The notes: generated by a model from the sequence alone, not told the origin. DNA of 49,635 bases from Deltaproteobacteria bacterium RIFOXYA12_FULL_61_11 (GCA_001799195.1 MGSU01000091.1:1-49635); one strand, 5' to 3'. Positions 18,441-30,686 are shown, counted from the first letter of the stretch. Numbers and translations are program-made.

Positions 18441-18637
18441 CGTCCTCCTGACACCCCCGATCAACACGGTCCCCACTGTAGCACAGGCAGGGGATCATGC
18501 CCATCAATACCACCCACGAAAATCATGCAACTTTATATAATTACTACAACTGATCTGCCATGGAAAAGCACTCCTCCGTCGTAATATCGAGGTGCCGCAA
18601 GGTCCTGATCTCATCGCAATCCAACGGCGCAACTCCC

Positions 18638-18667
18638 TTGACAAGGTTAGGCGAGGCCAGATAGTAT
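18638..18667 (+). promoter_or_regulatory. sigma70-type promoter
   Basis: TTGACA-N18-TAGTAT upstream of ATG 18727. Confidence 0.5.
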
Positions 18668-18726
18668 CGCTCGTTCTCGGCGGGCATTCCCGGACCGATG
18701 ACGCGACGCGACAGTACCGGACGACC

Positions 18727-19605
18727 ATGGTCTCGCGAAAAAAACTGATCCTCAAATCTCTGAACCGCGTCAATGATTTACCAACCATTTCCGAGGTCTA
18801 CCGGGAAGTCCTGGACGCTATCGATGCCGATCAGGACATCGAACAGATCGCCCAACTGGCAAAACGGGACCTCGCCCTCTCGACCAAGGTCTTGCGCGTC
18901 GTTAACTCTCCGGTGTTCAGGACCGGGGGCCGTGAGGTGACCGATATCGAGACCGGCGTGGTCCGCCTGGGTATCCTCGAATTCAAGAAACTCGTCATTT
19001 CGCTCAGCGTTATCGAGACCTTCGGCAATTTTGGGCACCGCATCGACTACCGTACCTTCTGGAAACACTGCTTGACCTGCGCATCGGTCACTGTGAAAAC
19101 CTTTGCCCTGGTCTCTGGCAAGAACCTCGGACGCAAGGTCGCCGGGGAACTCTACACCGCCGCGCTGTTGCACGACATAGGCATCATCATCCTCGATCAC
19201 TATTTCCCTGACTACTACCTTAAGGTTCTCGAAGCCGGGGACAATCCGGCCTCTCGCAAACTGCTCGATCGGGAGCTGGAGATCCTCGAGATCACCCACG
19301 AAGAAGTCGGAGAGATCGTGGCTCGCCGCTGGAACTTGCCCGAGTACATACTCGCCGCAATTCGCTATCATCATAGTATCCGCGAGTACCAAGGACGCTA
19401 TGAACCTATCGTCCGAGTGGTCAAGATCGCCAACGAGATGTGCCTCATGCAGGGAGTCGCTGGAGTGACCCCAGAGGGAGTACACCTTGTGCTAGACGAA
19501 GAGGCCCAGGAAAAGCTCAAACAAAAGAGCGCATTGTATGAAAAACTTCTGTCTTCCTTCGAGGAGGACGTGGAGAAGTCCGAGGCCATGTTGTCGCTTG
19601 TTTGA
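18727..19605 (+). CDS. HDOD domain protein
   Basis: LPTISEV, D.ALSTKVLRVVNSP, FWKH, ALLHDIG, HEEVG...WNLP...IRYHH. Confidence 0.9.
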   Translation: MVSRKKLILKSLNRVNDLPTISEVYREVLDAIDADQDIEQIAQLAKRDLALSTKVLRVVNSPVFRTGGREVTDIETGVVRLGILEFKKLVISLSVIETFGNFGHRIDYRTFWKHCLTCASVTVKTFALVSGKNLGRKVAGELYTAALLHDIGIIILDHYFPDYYLKVLEAGDNPASRKLLDRELEILEITHEEVGEIVARRWNLPEYILAAIRYHHSIREYQGRYEPIVRVVKIANEMCLMQGVAGVTPEGVHLVLDEEAQEKLKQKSALYEKLLSSFEEDVEKSEAMLSLV

Positions 19606-19664
19606 CGGCAACCCGGAACTCGGTTGAGAACCTGTACGATCAGCACGAGGAGACAGCACACACC

Positions 19665-21599
19665 ATGCTCAAGTACATGCGAGAAAATGCCGGATCTTGG
19701 GGCATCCGGGCGATCTTCGTAATCCTGGTCTTAGCCTTCATCGGCTGGGGTGGCGGAGGAATTTCCGATTTTTTCCAGGGTACCGATGATCTCGCCGCCA
19801 GCGTGAACGGCACCACTATCAAGCGGGCAGACTACGAGAACCGGGCTCGCCGACTCTTACAGACCTATCGATCCCAATATCGGGCCATCCTCAAGAAAGA
19901 TATTACCCCGCAAATGGAACTCGAATACAAGAAGAGTCTCCTCGAACGGATGATAGAGCGCGAACTGCTGCTGCAAACAATCGATGAGATGGGGCTTGCT
20001 ATCAGTAACAGCGCGGTCAGCGAGGCCATCAAAGCCGAGGATTCCTTCAAAGATGAAAAGACCCAGCAATTCTCGTATGAACTCTACACCCGTCTTCTCA
20101 GGGCCAATCAGCTAACCCCGGAAGCCTATGAACTCGAACGTCGGCGCGACCTTCTCATCGAGCAACTGCGCACCTCGGTCGAGGACTTCGTCAAGGTCTC
20201 CGCAGCAGAACTCGAGAGCGACTTCCTCCGGAAGAATGAACAGCTCGATCTGAACTATGTCGCTTTCTCCTCCAAGAATTTTGAGGCTCAGGTGGAACCG
20301 TCGCCAGAAGAGCTGCGCAAGACCTACGAAGAGAACGCGGCCTCGTACCAGAGCGAAGAGCAACGCAGGGTCACCTATACCGTGCTCGATCCCTCTTCCC
20401 TGATCTCCACCCTGCCCATCCCGGACGAAGCAGCCATCCTCAAGGAATTCGAGACCAAGTACAAAGGGACCAAGGATGAACCCGAGATGGTCCGGGCAAG
20501 GCACATCCTTTTCAAGACCGAAGAGGGCGCAGACAATGCTGCGGTTCTTGCGAAAGCCCAGGAGGTGTTAAGCAAACTCCGCGCAGGTGCCGACTTCGCC
20601 GACATGGCAAAACTCCACAGCGATGACGCAGCAAGCGCCCGAGATGGCGGTGATCTTGGTTTCTTCGGCCGAGATAAAATGGTCAAGGTGTTCGAAGAGG
20701 CGGCCTTCGCCCTGCAACCTGGTGCACTCAGTGAGCCCGTGCAAAGCGATTTCGGCTATCACCTCATCAAGGTCGAAGAGCGGAGGGCTGCTGTCCCCGC
20801 AACCCTTGAACGGTATCGTGAGGAAATCATCTCCTCCTTGCGGTCTAACGCAGCAGCCGAACAAGCAAAAGAACGCTTGCGCGACCTTCGGAAGACCGTC
20901 ACGGATACCCCGAATCTCTTCGAGAAACATCTCGCCGAGGCACGCTTACCCGTTCAGGTGACCCCAGCTTTCACGAAGGACGGCAATCAACCAGGTATCC
21001 CCGATGCACGGGTCTTAACCCGCACCGCTTTCGCCATCCCTGCTGTGGGACGTTTCTCCGCACCGCAATCCTCGAGTTCGGGTTCGATCTATCTGCTCCG
21101 GCTTGACGAGATCATTCCACCTGCCCCCATGTCCTTCGAGGACGCCCTCGAACGGGTCAAAAAAGACCATGTAGGTAAACAAGCCAAACTCTTGGCAAAA
21201 GCCGCTGCAGAGGATATCCTCACCCGTCTTCGCGCAGGGGAAACGTTGTCCGGAGAATCGTTCCAGATTCAAACGACCGGACCCTTCTTCTATCGTCGGG
21301 TCGCTTATCTTCCGAAGATTGGTGCGGTATCCAATATGAAGGAAAAACTGGCATCCATCACGAAAGACAAGCCCCGTATCGATGAGGTGATCGAACATCT
21401 CGACACCTATTATTGCCTGTGGTTGAAGGACCACCTCGCGGCCGATACCAAAGACTTCGAGCAGCGGAAGGATGAGATCCTCGCTACCCTCCTCCAAGAG
21501 AAGAAAACTGCATATTTCAACGAATGGAAGGAACAACTCAAGGAAAAAGCTGAGATTAACCGTTACTATCTCTTCTACGAACTTCCCGAAGAAGGCTGA
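19665..21599 (+). CDS. ppiD: PpiD/SurA-N peptidyl-prolyl isomerase (periplasmic chaperone)
   Basis: N-terminal TM, SurA-N region, parvulin ARHIL...HSDD..SARDGGDLGFF...FEEAAF...SDFGYHLIKV. Confidence 0.88.
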   Translation: MLKYMRENAGSWGIRAIFVILVLAFIGWGGGGISDFFQGTDDLAASVNGTTIKRADYENRARRLLQTYRSQYRAILKKDITPQMELEYKKSLLERMIERELLLQTIDEMGLAISNSAVSEAIKAEDSFKDEKTQQFSYELYTRLLRANQLTPEAYELERRRDLLIEQLRTSVEDFVKVSAAELESDFLRKNEQLDLNYVAFSSKNFEAQVEPSPEELRKTYEENAASYQSEEQRRVTYTVLDPSSLISTLPIPDEAAILKEFETKYKGTKDEPEMVRARHILFKTEEGADNAAVLAKAQEVLSKLRAGADFADMAKLHSDDAASARDGGDLGFFGRDKMVKVFEEAAFALQPGALSEPVQSDFGYHLIKVEERRAAVPATLERYREEIISSLRSNAAAEQAKERLRDLRKTVTDTPNLFEKHLAEARLPVQVTPAFTKDGNQPGIPDARVLTRTAFAIPAVGRFSAPQSSSSGSIYLLRLDEIIPPAPMSFEDALERVKKDHVGKQAKLLAKAAAEDILTRLRAGETLSGESFQIQTTGPFFYRRVAYLPKIGAVSNMKEKLASITKDKPRIDEVIEHLDTYYCLWLKDHLAADTKDFEQRKDEILATLLQEKKTAYFNEWKEQLKEKAEINRYYLFYELPEEG

Positions 21600-21625
21600 G
21601 TCTCACGCTCTCTCACCACCAATCC

Positions 21626-22990
21626 TCAGGCCTGGTAACGATCATCCGAATAGCTCTCGTATCGCGTGAATTGACCGAAGAACCGTAGCTGTACTTTATC
21701 CAGCGCACCATTACGATGTTTCTCGATGAGCAGTTCGGCTCCTGTTTGATCATCGAGTTCTTTATCGAAATAGCTTTCGCGATGTAAAAAAGCGATAAGG
21801 TCGGCATCCTGTTCCAGGGCTCCGGACTCACGCAAATCCGAAAGTTTTGGGCGTTTTTCTTTCGCCCCTCGTTTCTCCAGCTCGCGATTGAGTTGCGAGA
21901 GTGCGATCACCGGAGCATCGAGTTCCTTTGCCAACTCTTTGAGGGTGCGTGATATTTCTGCAATCTCCTGCTCTCGGTTGTTGATGCTGCGCTTGAGATA
22001 GGGATCGAGTCTCACGAGCTGGAGGTAGTCAATGACGATCAAGGCGAGCCCACTCTCCCGTTTCTGCCGACGCGACCGCAGCACCAACTCGGACAGCTTT
22101 ATCCCTCCGGTATCGTCGATGAAGAGCTTGCCATCGCTAATTCTACCTATGGTGTCGATGAGTTGCTGATACTCGCGCTCGCTGAGTTGACCGGTCTTGA
22201 CGTTCTTCGCATCGATACGTCCTTCACTTGCAATAACCCTCAGGGCCAATTGCCGCGAAGACATCTCACAACTGAAGAATAAGACCGGCTGCCGTTGCAC
22301 GAGAGCTACATGCGCCGCGATGTTGAGAGCAAAAGCGGTCTTGCCCATGCCCGGGCGTGCTGCCAGAATGATCAGGTCCGAATTTTGCAAACCCGCAGTC
22401 AGACGATCGAAGTCGGTAAATCCGGTAGGTAGTCCGGTAAATGGTTGTTTGTGCTTGTACCTCTCATCGATGTAAGAAAACGTCGTCCGCAAAACCTCGT
22501 CGATGCGTTGGACTTTCTTCGCATTCTTCTGGTTTCCTAATTCATTGAGATTTTTCATGCTTGTCAGCATGAACTGCTCGACATCCTCCTCACCCTGAAA
22601 CGCTTTCTCGATCAAGGCCGAGGCTTCGTCGATCAAGGTCCGGTAGAAAGCCTTCTCGCGTATGATGCGAGCATGGTGTTCGATATTGGTCAGGTTGAGG
22701 ACTCGTTCAGAGAGAGAGGTCAGGAACTCCACCCCACCGACTCGATCGAGTTCCCCGGTCTCCCGTAGTCGATCGGACACGGTGATCAGGTCGATCTTCT
22801 CCCCCTCGGTGTGGAGCGAAAGCATGGTCCGGAATAAAACCCGGTGTGTTTCCTTGTAAAAGTCCTCGGGAGAAACCAATTCAGCAACCCGGTCGAGCAC
22901 CTCTCCCTTGAGGATGATGCCGCCGAGCACCGATTGCTCGGCTTCGAGATTCTGAGGGGGAATTCGGCCGGTGGTAGCCCCCTCGCTCAT
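21626..22990 (-). CDS. dnaB: Replicative DNA helicase
   Basis: PPQNLEAEQSVLG, AARPGMGKT, IDYLQL, SQLNR, SDLRESGALEQDAD; no intein. Confidence 0.98.
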   Translation of the reverse strand: MSEGATTGRIPPQNLEAEQSVLGGIILKGEVLDRVAELVSPEDFYKETHRVLFRTMLSLHTEGEKIDLITVSDRLRETGELDRVGGVEFLTSLSERVLNLTNIEHHARIIREKAFYRTLIDEASALIEKAFQGEEDVEQFMLTSMKNLNELGNQKNAKKVQRIDEVLRTTFSYIDERYKHKQPFTGLPTGFTDFDRLTAGLQNSDLIILAARPGMGKTAFALNIAAHVALVQRQPVLFFSCEMSSRQLALRVIASEGRIDAKNVKTGQLSEREYQQLIDTIGRISDGKLFIDDTGGIKLSELVLRSRRQKRESGLALIVIDYLQLVRLDPYLKRSINNREQEIAEISRTLKELAKELDAPVIALSQLNRELEKRGAKEKRPKLSDLRESGALEQDADLIAFLHRESYFDKELDDQTGAELLIEKHRNGALDKVQLRFFGQFTRYESYSDDRYQA

Positions 22991-23430
22991 TCCTCGACGA
23001 CCCAGACCTTGATCTTCGTGGTAACATCTGCGGTAATGCGGATGGGAACACTATATATGCCAAGTTTCTTTATCGGTTCGTCGAGTTGAATCCAGCCCCG
23101 GTCGACCTCGATCCCTTCGGTAAGCAACTGTTTTTCGATGTCCATGGCGGTCACCGATCCAAAGAGCTTTTCGTTTTCCCCGGCCTTCTTGGCAATGGTG
23201 CAGGACATGCTGGCGATCTTATCAGCCATAACCTGGGCATTCTTGAGATCCTTCTTCCGTTTATGCTCCATGAGCATGGATGTATGCCGCTGGTTGCGCA
23301 CGCTGCCTTCCCTGGCCTCAAGGGCGATATTCGTCGGGAAGAGGAAATTGCGGGCATACCCACGCGCGACATTGAGAACATCGCCAACCTTGCCCAGACC
23401 TTTCACGTTTTCAGTGAGCATGACCTTCAT
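22987..23430 (-). CDS. rplI: 50S ribosomal protein L9
   Basis: MKVML...LGKVGD..V..GYARNFLFP, KLFGSVT. Confidence 0.97.
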   Translation of the reverse strand: MKVMLTENVKGLGKVGDVLNVARGYARNFLFPTNIALEAREGSVRNQRHTSMLMEHKRKKDLKNAQVMADKIASMSCTIAKKAGENEKLFGSVTAMDIEKQLLTEGIEVDRGWIQLDEPIKKLGIYSVPIRITADVTTKIKVWVVEE

Positions 23431-23446
23431 CAGAAACCTCCCTCGT

Positions 23447-24352
23447 TCAGGACTGCCGGTGCAACCCCCGGAAATCAAACCACACATCGAAGACGCCAAG
23501 CAACGCCAGGACTACATTGAACTGGACAAAGGCCAGCACGTAGAGGACCGGCTTGAGCAGGGCGAACGTCTTCAGCTTTGTAAGATAAAACGCGGTGATT
23601 GACAAGCCCTGGAAGAAGTAGAGCATGCCTACTCCAACCAGCAGGTTCATACCAACGCGATCGACCCAGGGAGAATTGACCAGGAAACCCAGGGTAAAGA
23701 TCCCCAAGGCTGCCGCTACTATCCATATCAGGTTCTCGGGGAGCTGCCATTTTGAAAGATCACTCGGCAGGAACAAACCTGGGAAACGGCGGAACAAGAT
23801 TACCAAATTAAGCCAACTCAGGACAAAGGCGTTAACTAACAACAAGGAAGGAGCAAGTTCGGTGACACTGCTCAAGAACTGTTGCCGGTGTGTCTCGTCC
23901 TGGAAGAGGTGCTCGTTGGTCGTGAGCATGTGGAGTTGATCCCTGACGAGTTGCTCGAGACTCGCTTCCGAGAAGAACAGGAAATACCCACCAGAAAGCA
24001 GAAGGGTGATGCACAGGGTTATAAGGGCGAAAAAGAGCGTACCAACGAAAGACCGAGTGCGCCACGCAAACTCACCGATCAACGCGGAGTATGCGACCAA
24101 GGTCAGCGGTACTATGAGCATAGTGAGCTGCATTCCGCCCGACAGAGCAGCGCTTGCGAGCACCACCACAAGTCCGAGGCCCGCTGCACTCAGACCATAC
24201 ACTCGGCCAAAGCGGAGGTACAGATACACGACCGGTAACGGTACGAAGATCACGAGGCCAAAAGCGATGATGAAGACGAGACCAATAACAGGGATGAGGA
24301 GTTCTCTCCCTGCTGTTCCAAAACCTCGGGACAAAGTACCCTTCCCGTTCAT
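23447..24352 (-). CDS. DUF2232/YybS-family membrane protein
   Basis: Multi-TM, FFQGLS, LLGVFDVWFDFR, typical position between rpsR and rplI. Confidence 0.85.
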   Translation of the reverse strand: MNGKGTLSRGFGTAGRELLIPVIGLVFIIAFGLVIFVPLPVVYLYLRFGRVYGLSAAGLGLVVVLASAALSGGMQLTMLIVPLTLVAYSALIGEFAWRTRSFVGTLFFALITLCITLLLSGGYFLFFSEASLEQLVRDQLHMLTTNEHLFQDETHRQQFLSSVTELAPSLLLVNAFVLSWLNLVILFRRFPGLFLPSDLSKWQLPENLIWIVAAALGIFTLGFLVNSPWVDRVGMNLLVGVGMLYFFQGLSITAFYLTKLKTFALLKPVLYVLAFVQFNVVLALLGVFDVWFDFRGLHRQS

Positions 24353-24384
24353 ATTGATGGGACGATCGAGTATGAGGATCGTTC

Positions 24385-24639
24385 TCAGTAGACCGTGGTG
24401 GAATAAGGCATCAAGGCGACATTCCGAGCTTGTTTGATGGCTTTTGCCAGAAAACGTTGGTGCTTCGCACAGGTGCCGGTTATCCGCCTCGACATGATTT
24501 TGCCGCGCTCGGTGACAAAATTGCGCAAGGTCATCGATTCTTTATAGTCGATGGTCATCGCCTCACTCGACTCGATGCAAAACTTGCATACGCGCTTGCG
24601 GAAGGTCCTGCGTTTCTTGTCCGTCTTCTTCGTGATCAT
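24385..24639 (-). CDS. rpsR: 30S ribosomal protein S18
   Basis: [26 protein letters not shown]. Confidence 0.97.
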   Translation of the reverse strand: MITKKTDKKRRTFRKRVCKFCIESSEAMTIDYKESMTLRNFVTERGKIMSRRITGTCAKHQRFLAKAIKQARNVALMPYSTTVY

Positions 24640-24668
24640 AACTTGCTTACTCCTGTACCTATCCGCAC

Positions 24669-24971
24669 TCAGGCGGCGTTGTACTCACGCTCCAGCAACA
24701 TGGTCTGGTACCGCAGGACATCCTCGTCGATTTTCAGGTACCGCTCTATCTCTCGTACTAACTCAGGACCTCCGCAGAAGGTCATGAGGAAGTAATAGCC
24801 CTTGAAGGATTTTGCGATCTCATAGGTAAACTTGCGCTTACCCCATTCGTCGAACTTGACGATCTTCCCCTCTCGAGCCGCGACCAGTTCTTCGATCTTC
24901 TTGCGTATCGTCTCTTTTTTATCGTCGCTGACATCGGTCTTCACGATGTACAGACACTCGTACAGTCTCAT
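24669..24971 (-). CDS. rpsF: 30S ribosomal protein S6
   Basis: [25 protein letters not shown]. Confidence 0.97.
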   Translation of the reverse strand: MRLYECLYIVKTDVSDDKKETIRKKIEELVAAREGKIVKFDEWGKRKFTYEIAKSFKGYYFLMTFCGGPELVREIERYLKIDEDVLRYQTMLLEREYNAA

Positions 24972-25114
24972 GCCTCCTCCAAACCCAAGGGGTTGCTCCC
25001 CAGAAAGTAAGTCGATATACCACCTTCCCCGAGAATTGCAAGGATTTTCGCGGGCATCACTCAGCCTTTTGAACTTGATCGGAGTCTACGGGGCCTGGTC
25101 GAGATAAGAAACGA

Positions 25115-25145
25115 CGAGGGGGGCGGAGTTACTCCACCCCCCTCG
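25115..25145 (-). terminator. Rho-independent terminator after groL
   Basis: cgaggggggcggagt-t-actccacccccctcg stem-loop followed by TCGTTTCTT on the minus strand. Confidence 0.75.
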
Positions 25146-25173
25146 AGCTTTTCGTCAATCAGGGGTCGTCAAC

Positions 25174-26862
<1,689 letters not shown>

Positions 26863-27150
26863 TTACTCCAAGATACCGAGAATATCGTCTTCCCTGAGAA
26901 TGAGATGCTCCTCGCCATCGAGCTTGATCTCGGTGCCGGCATACTTGCTGAAAAGCACCCTGTCGTTGACCTTCAGTTCCATTGCTTGACGCTCACCGGT
27001 CTCCAGGCGCTTCCCGTTCCCCACGGCTACGACTTTCCCCTCCATGGGCTTCTCTTTCGCGGTATCGGGAATGATGATGCCCCCCTTCGAGGTATCTTCC
27101 CCCCCAATCCTCTTGATCAAAACACGATCGGCCATCGGTCGAACCTTCAT
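26863..27150 (-). CDS. groS: Co-chaperonin GroES
   Basis: [29 protein letters not shown]; RBS AGGAGG. Confidence 0.98.
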   Translation of the reverse strand: MKVRPMADRVLIKRIGGEDTSKGGIIIPDTAKEKPMEGKVVAVGNGKRLETGERQAMELKVNDRVLFSKYAGTEIKLDGEEHLILREDDILGILE

Positions 27151-27495
27151 ACGTCCTCCTTGTACTTTGGTTGCTGTTGACCATTCGGGTTCAAACGCGG
27201 GCAACTTGTAACCACCTTGTCCGGGGAGTCAACCTCGGGGTAGAAAATTTTCTTCTTTGCGCCATTCGGGAATTCCTGTTAGGCTGAGCATCCTGTCATG
27301 TCGGGATCGTGATCATCGTCCATGCCGTTCTCCAGCATTCACCAGCGCTATGCTCTCGCTCGGAGGTCCCCAAAACGACCTCTCGAGACGAACCCAACGC
27401 ATAGGGAACGCTGGTCATCCTCTTGTGCATGCACGAAAGGACTCGTACCCCTCAGGTGGCAGTAGCAGGATTCCTGACGAGGAGAGAAACAACCG

Positions 27496-28092
27496 ATGTC
27501 GTTCATCAATTACTCGACCAAGGAAATCAACTGCAAAATCGTGTATTACGGAGCAGGCTCGAGTGGGAAGTCCACCAACTTGCAGTACATCTACAAGAAA
27601 ACGAGCCCAGAGGCCAAGGGCAAGATGGTTTCCCTCTCCTCGGAGAACGACTCCACCCTGTTCTTCGACTTCCTACCTCTCTCCCTCGGGGAACTGAAAG
27701 GGTACAAGACGCGTTTCCATCTCTATACCATCCCAGGGCAGCAGTTCTTCGCTTCGAGCCGAAAGCTGATCCTCAAAGGCGTGGATGGAATCGTCTTCGT
27801 AATCGATTCCCAGGTCGAGCGGATGGAAGCGAACCTCGATACCCTCGAGGACCTCAAAATCAATTTGAAGGAGCAGAACTACGATGTCGACAAGATCCCC
27901 TTGGTCTTCCAGTACAATAAACGAGATCTTCCCAATGTATCTGCTGCCCCGGAACTCCAAGAGCTGATCAACCCGCACCAACTGCATCCCGACTTCGAGG
28001 CCGTGGCCGTCAAAGGTCAGGGGGTTTTTGAATCTTTCAAGTCCGTAGCCAAGCTCATTATTAACGAACTCAAGCGTAAAGACCTCGAATAA
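27496..28092 (+). CDS. mglA: MglA-family small Ras-like GTPase (atypical, orphan)
   Basis: MSFINY...EINCKIVYYG, TLFFDFLPL.LG, YT.PGQ, QYNKRDLP. Confidence 0.88.
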   Translation: MSFINYSTKEINCKIVYYGAGSSGKSTNLQYIYKKTSPEAKGKMVSLSSENDSTLFFDFLPLSLGELKGYKTRFHLYTIPGQQFFASSRKLILKGVDGIVFVIDSQVERMEANLDTLEDLKINLKEQNYDVDKIPLVFQYNKRDLPNVSAAPELQELINPHQLHPDFEAVAVKGQGVFESFKSVAKLIINELKRKDLE

Positions 28093-28162
28093 CGCTCTTC
28101 TCGCATGATTTTATTTCTGGATTTTCGTGCGCAGCGGAGGAATCGGGTAGGAATCTATTCGA

Positions 28163-29044
28163 TCAACGCGTACTGCGCGTCCGGAACAACAGCAGACCAA
28201 GGAGTAGGGTGATCCATCCCGACAGGAAGAACTCGGATCTGCCCGGCAACATCGCACATAGTCCACCCTCGGGTCTCGAAGCATCCTGGGGTTCGGGGTT
28301 GTGTTGGAGGGTTGGATCCTCGGAGAGAATACTAACCTCCTCTATATAAGGACTCGCGCTGTCGACTTCGAGACAGTGAATGGTCTGACCATAAAATGGA
28401 TACCACCGTTCTTCCTGGAGTGGAGCTTCCACTTGCTCCGGGAAGAGGTCCCCCGTGAACACGGTGTGCGTTTCAACGATCTGCCGCTCACTATCATAAA
28501 TGACGAAAACATCACCGTATTCCATGGTCCGCCACTCGATTTGACCTGCTCGGGGATCATAGACTCCCATCACGTCTCCGTGGAACTGGGTGCGCCACAC
28601 CACTTCGTTGGTCAGTGGATCGAGGACTCCATAGACACCTCCTGCCCACCGTTCGTGCCACACCATCTCACCGAAAGCTTCGACATAGAGCCCGAACACA
28701 CCACCATGCCAAGAAGTCTTCCATTCGACCTTCTTTACCGAGGGATTGTAGACCCCGTGAACCCCGGATTCCCAGGCTGCTCTCCACTCAACAGCTTCTT
28801 CAGCCGGATTGTACACACCGAAGACCCCGCCTCCCCATTGACCGCGCCATTCGACCCGCTGGAAGGCAGGATTATACACCCCATGCACGCTCCCAGCGTT
28901 CTTCAGGCGCCATTCGGTGATCCCCGTAGCCGGATTATGCACCCCGAAAACACTGCCACGGGGGTTGTTTTTGCATACAACACGGGCCTCGAGCTCGGCC
29001 CCCAGGGAACTGATGATAAGGAGTACAAGCAGGGGCCGTACCAT
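28163..29044 (-). CDS. Secreted 21-aa repeat protein with MYXO-CTERM-like tail
   Basis: Signal peptide, 8 copies of G.V.GVYNP....EW(R), C-terminal GGLC...TM...RTRSTR. Confidence 0.8.
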   Translation of the reverse strand: MVRPLLVLLIISSLGAELEARVVCKNNPRGSVFGVHNPATGITEWRLKNAGSVHGVYNPAFQRVEWRGQWGGGVFGVYNPAEEAVEWRAAWESGVHGVYNPSVKKVEWKTSWHGGVFGLYVEAFGEMVWHERWAGGVYGVLDPLTNEVVWRTQFHGDVMGVYDPRAGQIEWRTMEYGDVFVIYDSERQIVETHTVFTGDLFPEQVEAPLQEERWYPFYGQTIHCLEVDSASPYIEEVSILSEDPTLQHNPEPQDASRPEGGLCAMLPGRSEFFLSGWITLLLGLLLFRTRSTR

Positions 29045-29138
29045 ACTTCGGTCCTCGTGTTGAGCGAAATCGATCTTTTGCTAGCACGCCTTGGCTCCGA
29101 TGTCAAACCGGCACACGCTTTGAATTCCCCCGATAAGA

Positions 29139-29447
29139 TTGTTCCAACAAACCAGCATCAACAGAGGTTGTTCAATGTGTTACAAGTTCTTCCGGACCAT
29201 TGTTCCGACCTACCTGTTCGGCGCTCCGAATCGCCTTTCCGTAGCACATCTGCCCCTCGTCCTGTTGTTCCTGACATACTCCTCTCTGCCTCGGCTGGTG
29301 TTCACCCTCGAGCATACGCAAACCACGTCGCTGGTCCGCAATGAGGTCTATAAGCGTCAGGAGAATTTCTCCTTCGCTATCTTAGCCGTCTTTCCTCTCG
29401 ATCGAACACTCTCGACACCATCACTTACAACAAGGAGTCTTCCATGA
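29139..29447 (+). CDS. Hypothetical protein
   Basis: ORF whose stop overlaps the next start (ATGA); no motifs recognised. Confidence 0.3.
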   Translation: MFQQTSINRGCSMCYKFFRTIVPTYLFGAPNRLSVAHLPLVLLFLTYSSLPRLVFTLEHTQTTSLVRNEVYKRQENFSFAILAVFPLDRTLSTPSLTTRSLP

Positions 29448-30019
29448 GAGCCCTGGTCTTCGCTCTATGCCTCTTGCTCGGTCCACAGAGCCAGGCCGAG
29501 CAGCATCCTCTTTGCAAAGCCGAACGCCCCAGTCTGGACTCCCTCATCGGGCATCTCCGTGAGGATGCACGCCGCCAAGAGACAAGCCTTACCTCCTTGC
29601 TCCGCTTCGCCCGGTATCAGGCTCTGTTACCCGAAGTGAACGGGAAAGCGACGCGGGACAGAGATCGTAATCTCACGCTCAGCAATGGCAAATCAGGGAT
29701 TTCGACCGATATCGACCAAGATGCAGGCGTGAGTTACTCGCTTACCTTGGCATGGAACCTCGCTGAACTTCACCATAACAGTCAGACCCTTCGCTTGCAT
29801 TGGGAAATTGAAGAGGTGCTCGAGAAAGAAACCAAAGCGGTAGATCTCGCCGTGGAGTTATACCAACGCTGGGTCCAACTACGAGAGAAACTATGCACCG
29901 GCGAGGTCTCTGCCTCTACGGGCTTGGAACTACGAGCTCTCGAACACCGCCTGAATTCTCTCAGCCGGGGTTGGTTCCTGGATTGGGAGACAATCAAGAA
30001 GCCAGCTCCTTCGGAGTAA
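29444..30019 (+). CDS. Hypothetical secreted protein (helical, weakly outer-membrane-efflux-like)
   Basis: AAGGAG RBS, signal peptide SQA|E, coupled to the next gene. Confidence 0.7.
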   Translation: MRALVFALCLLLGPQSQAEQHPLCKAERPSLDSLIGHLREDARRQETSLTSLLRFARYQALLPEVNGKATRDRDRNLTLSNGKSGISTDIDQDAGVSYSLTLAWNLAELHHNSQTLRLHWEIEEVLEKETKAVDLAVELYQRWVQLREKLCTGEVSASTGLELRALEHRLNSLSRGWFLDWETIKKPAPSE

Positions 30020-30552
30020 TGACAATGAAAATACGAACCCTATTTCCCATTGTTCTCTCGGTTTTCTATACTTGTGCCCCTCCCGACAACTCCTGGTCTT
30101 CTATCCAACAAGGAACATTGAGCATTGTTCCACACCTTACCTATACCAACATGTCTCGGCTTGACAGCGCGGCTGTCGCAGTTGAGCTCCAAGGAAGCGA
30201 ACCGTTCCTTTCTGAGAGCGTCGATCGCCGCTCGCTCACCTTCGGTGAACTGACTCCTGAGGGTGTTCACCTACTCGAAACCATCCCCGAACCGTTCTGG
30301 CCCTTTGACCTAGCCAGCCTGCAAGCTGACATGACATTGTGGCGCTCCACGGTATGGGACGATATCGTCGGGAAGGGCAACGGTTATCAGGAGATTAATG
30401 CGACCCTGCAATGGCAGGTCGAGGGAACACTCCTACGGATTCTCCTTCCTTCACTCGATCCTGCACACAGTTATCTCTTGGCAACCGACGGGATTTATTC
30501 TCTAAACCTGTATCGTTTCCTGCCCCTAGCGCTTGTGCTGACCCTTCCCTGA
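30019..30552 (+). CDS. Hypothetical lipoprotein
   Basis: TAATG coupling; MKIRTLFPIVLSVFYT|C lipobox-like. Confidence 0.6.
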   Translation: MTMKIRTLFPIVLSVFYTCAPPDNSWSSIQQGTLSIVPHLTYTNMSRLDSAAVAVELQGSEPFLSESVDRRSLTFGELTPEGVHLLETIPEPFWPFDLASLQADMTLWRSTVWDDIVGKGNGYQEINATLQWQVEGTLLRILLPSLDPAHSYLLATDGIYSLNLYRFLPLALVLTLP

Positions 30553-30686
30553 GACTGAGGTCCCGAGGTTTCCCCTTCTTGCATTCGATTCCTTCCTGTG
30601 GGACATCTCTGATGCCCATCGAAACCGGGTAGATTTCGGTTGAAGTACCTCCCTAGAGGGATTCTGCCCATACACTGGAGTATTCT

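Noticed and set aside
21626-22990. Intein in DnaB
   Set aside because: Normal length (454 aa) with continuous motifs
27170-27210. CIRCE element upstream of groS
   Set aside because: Only a weak imperfect palindrome; does not match TTAGCACTC-N9-GAGTGCTAA
28301-29344. Long antisense ORFs (also 2008..2799, 18778..19485, 48334..49248) and same-strand alternate frame 3862..4782
   Set aside because: They overlap better-supported genes and show no motifs; expected in GC-rich coding DNA
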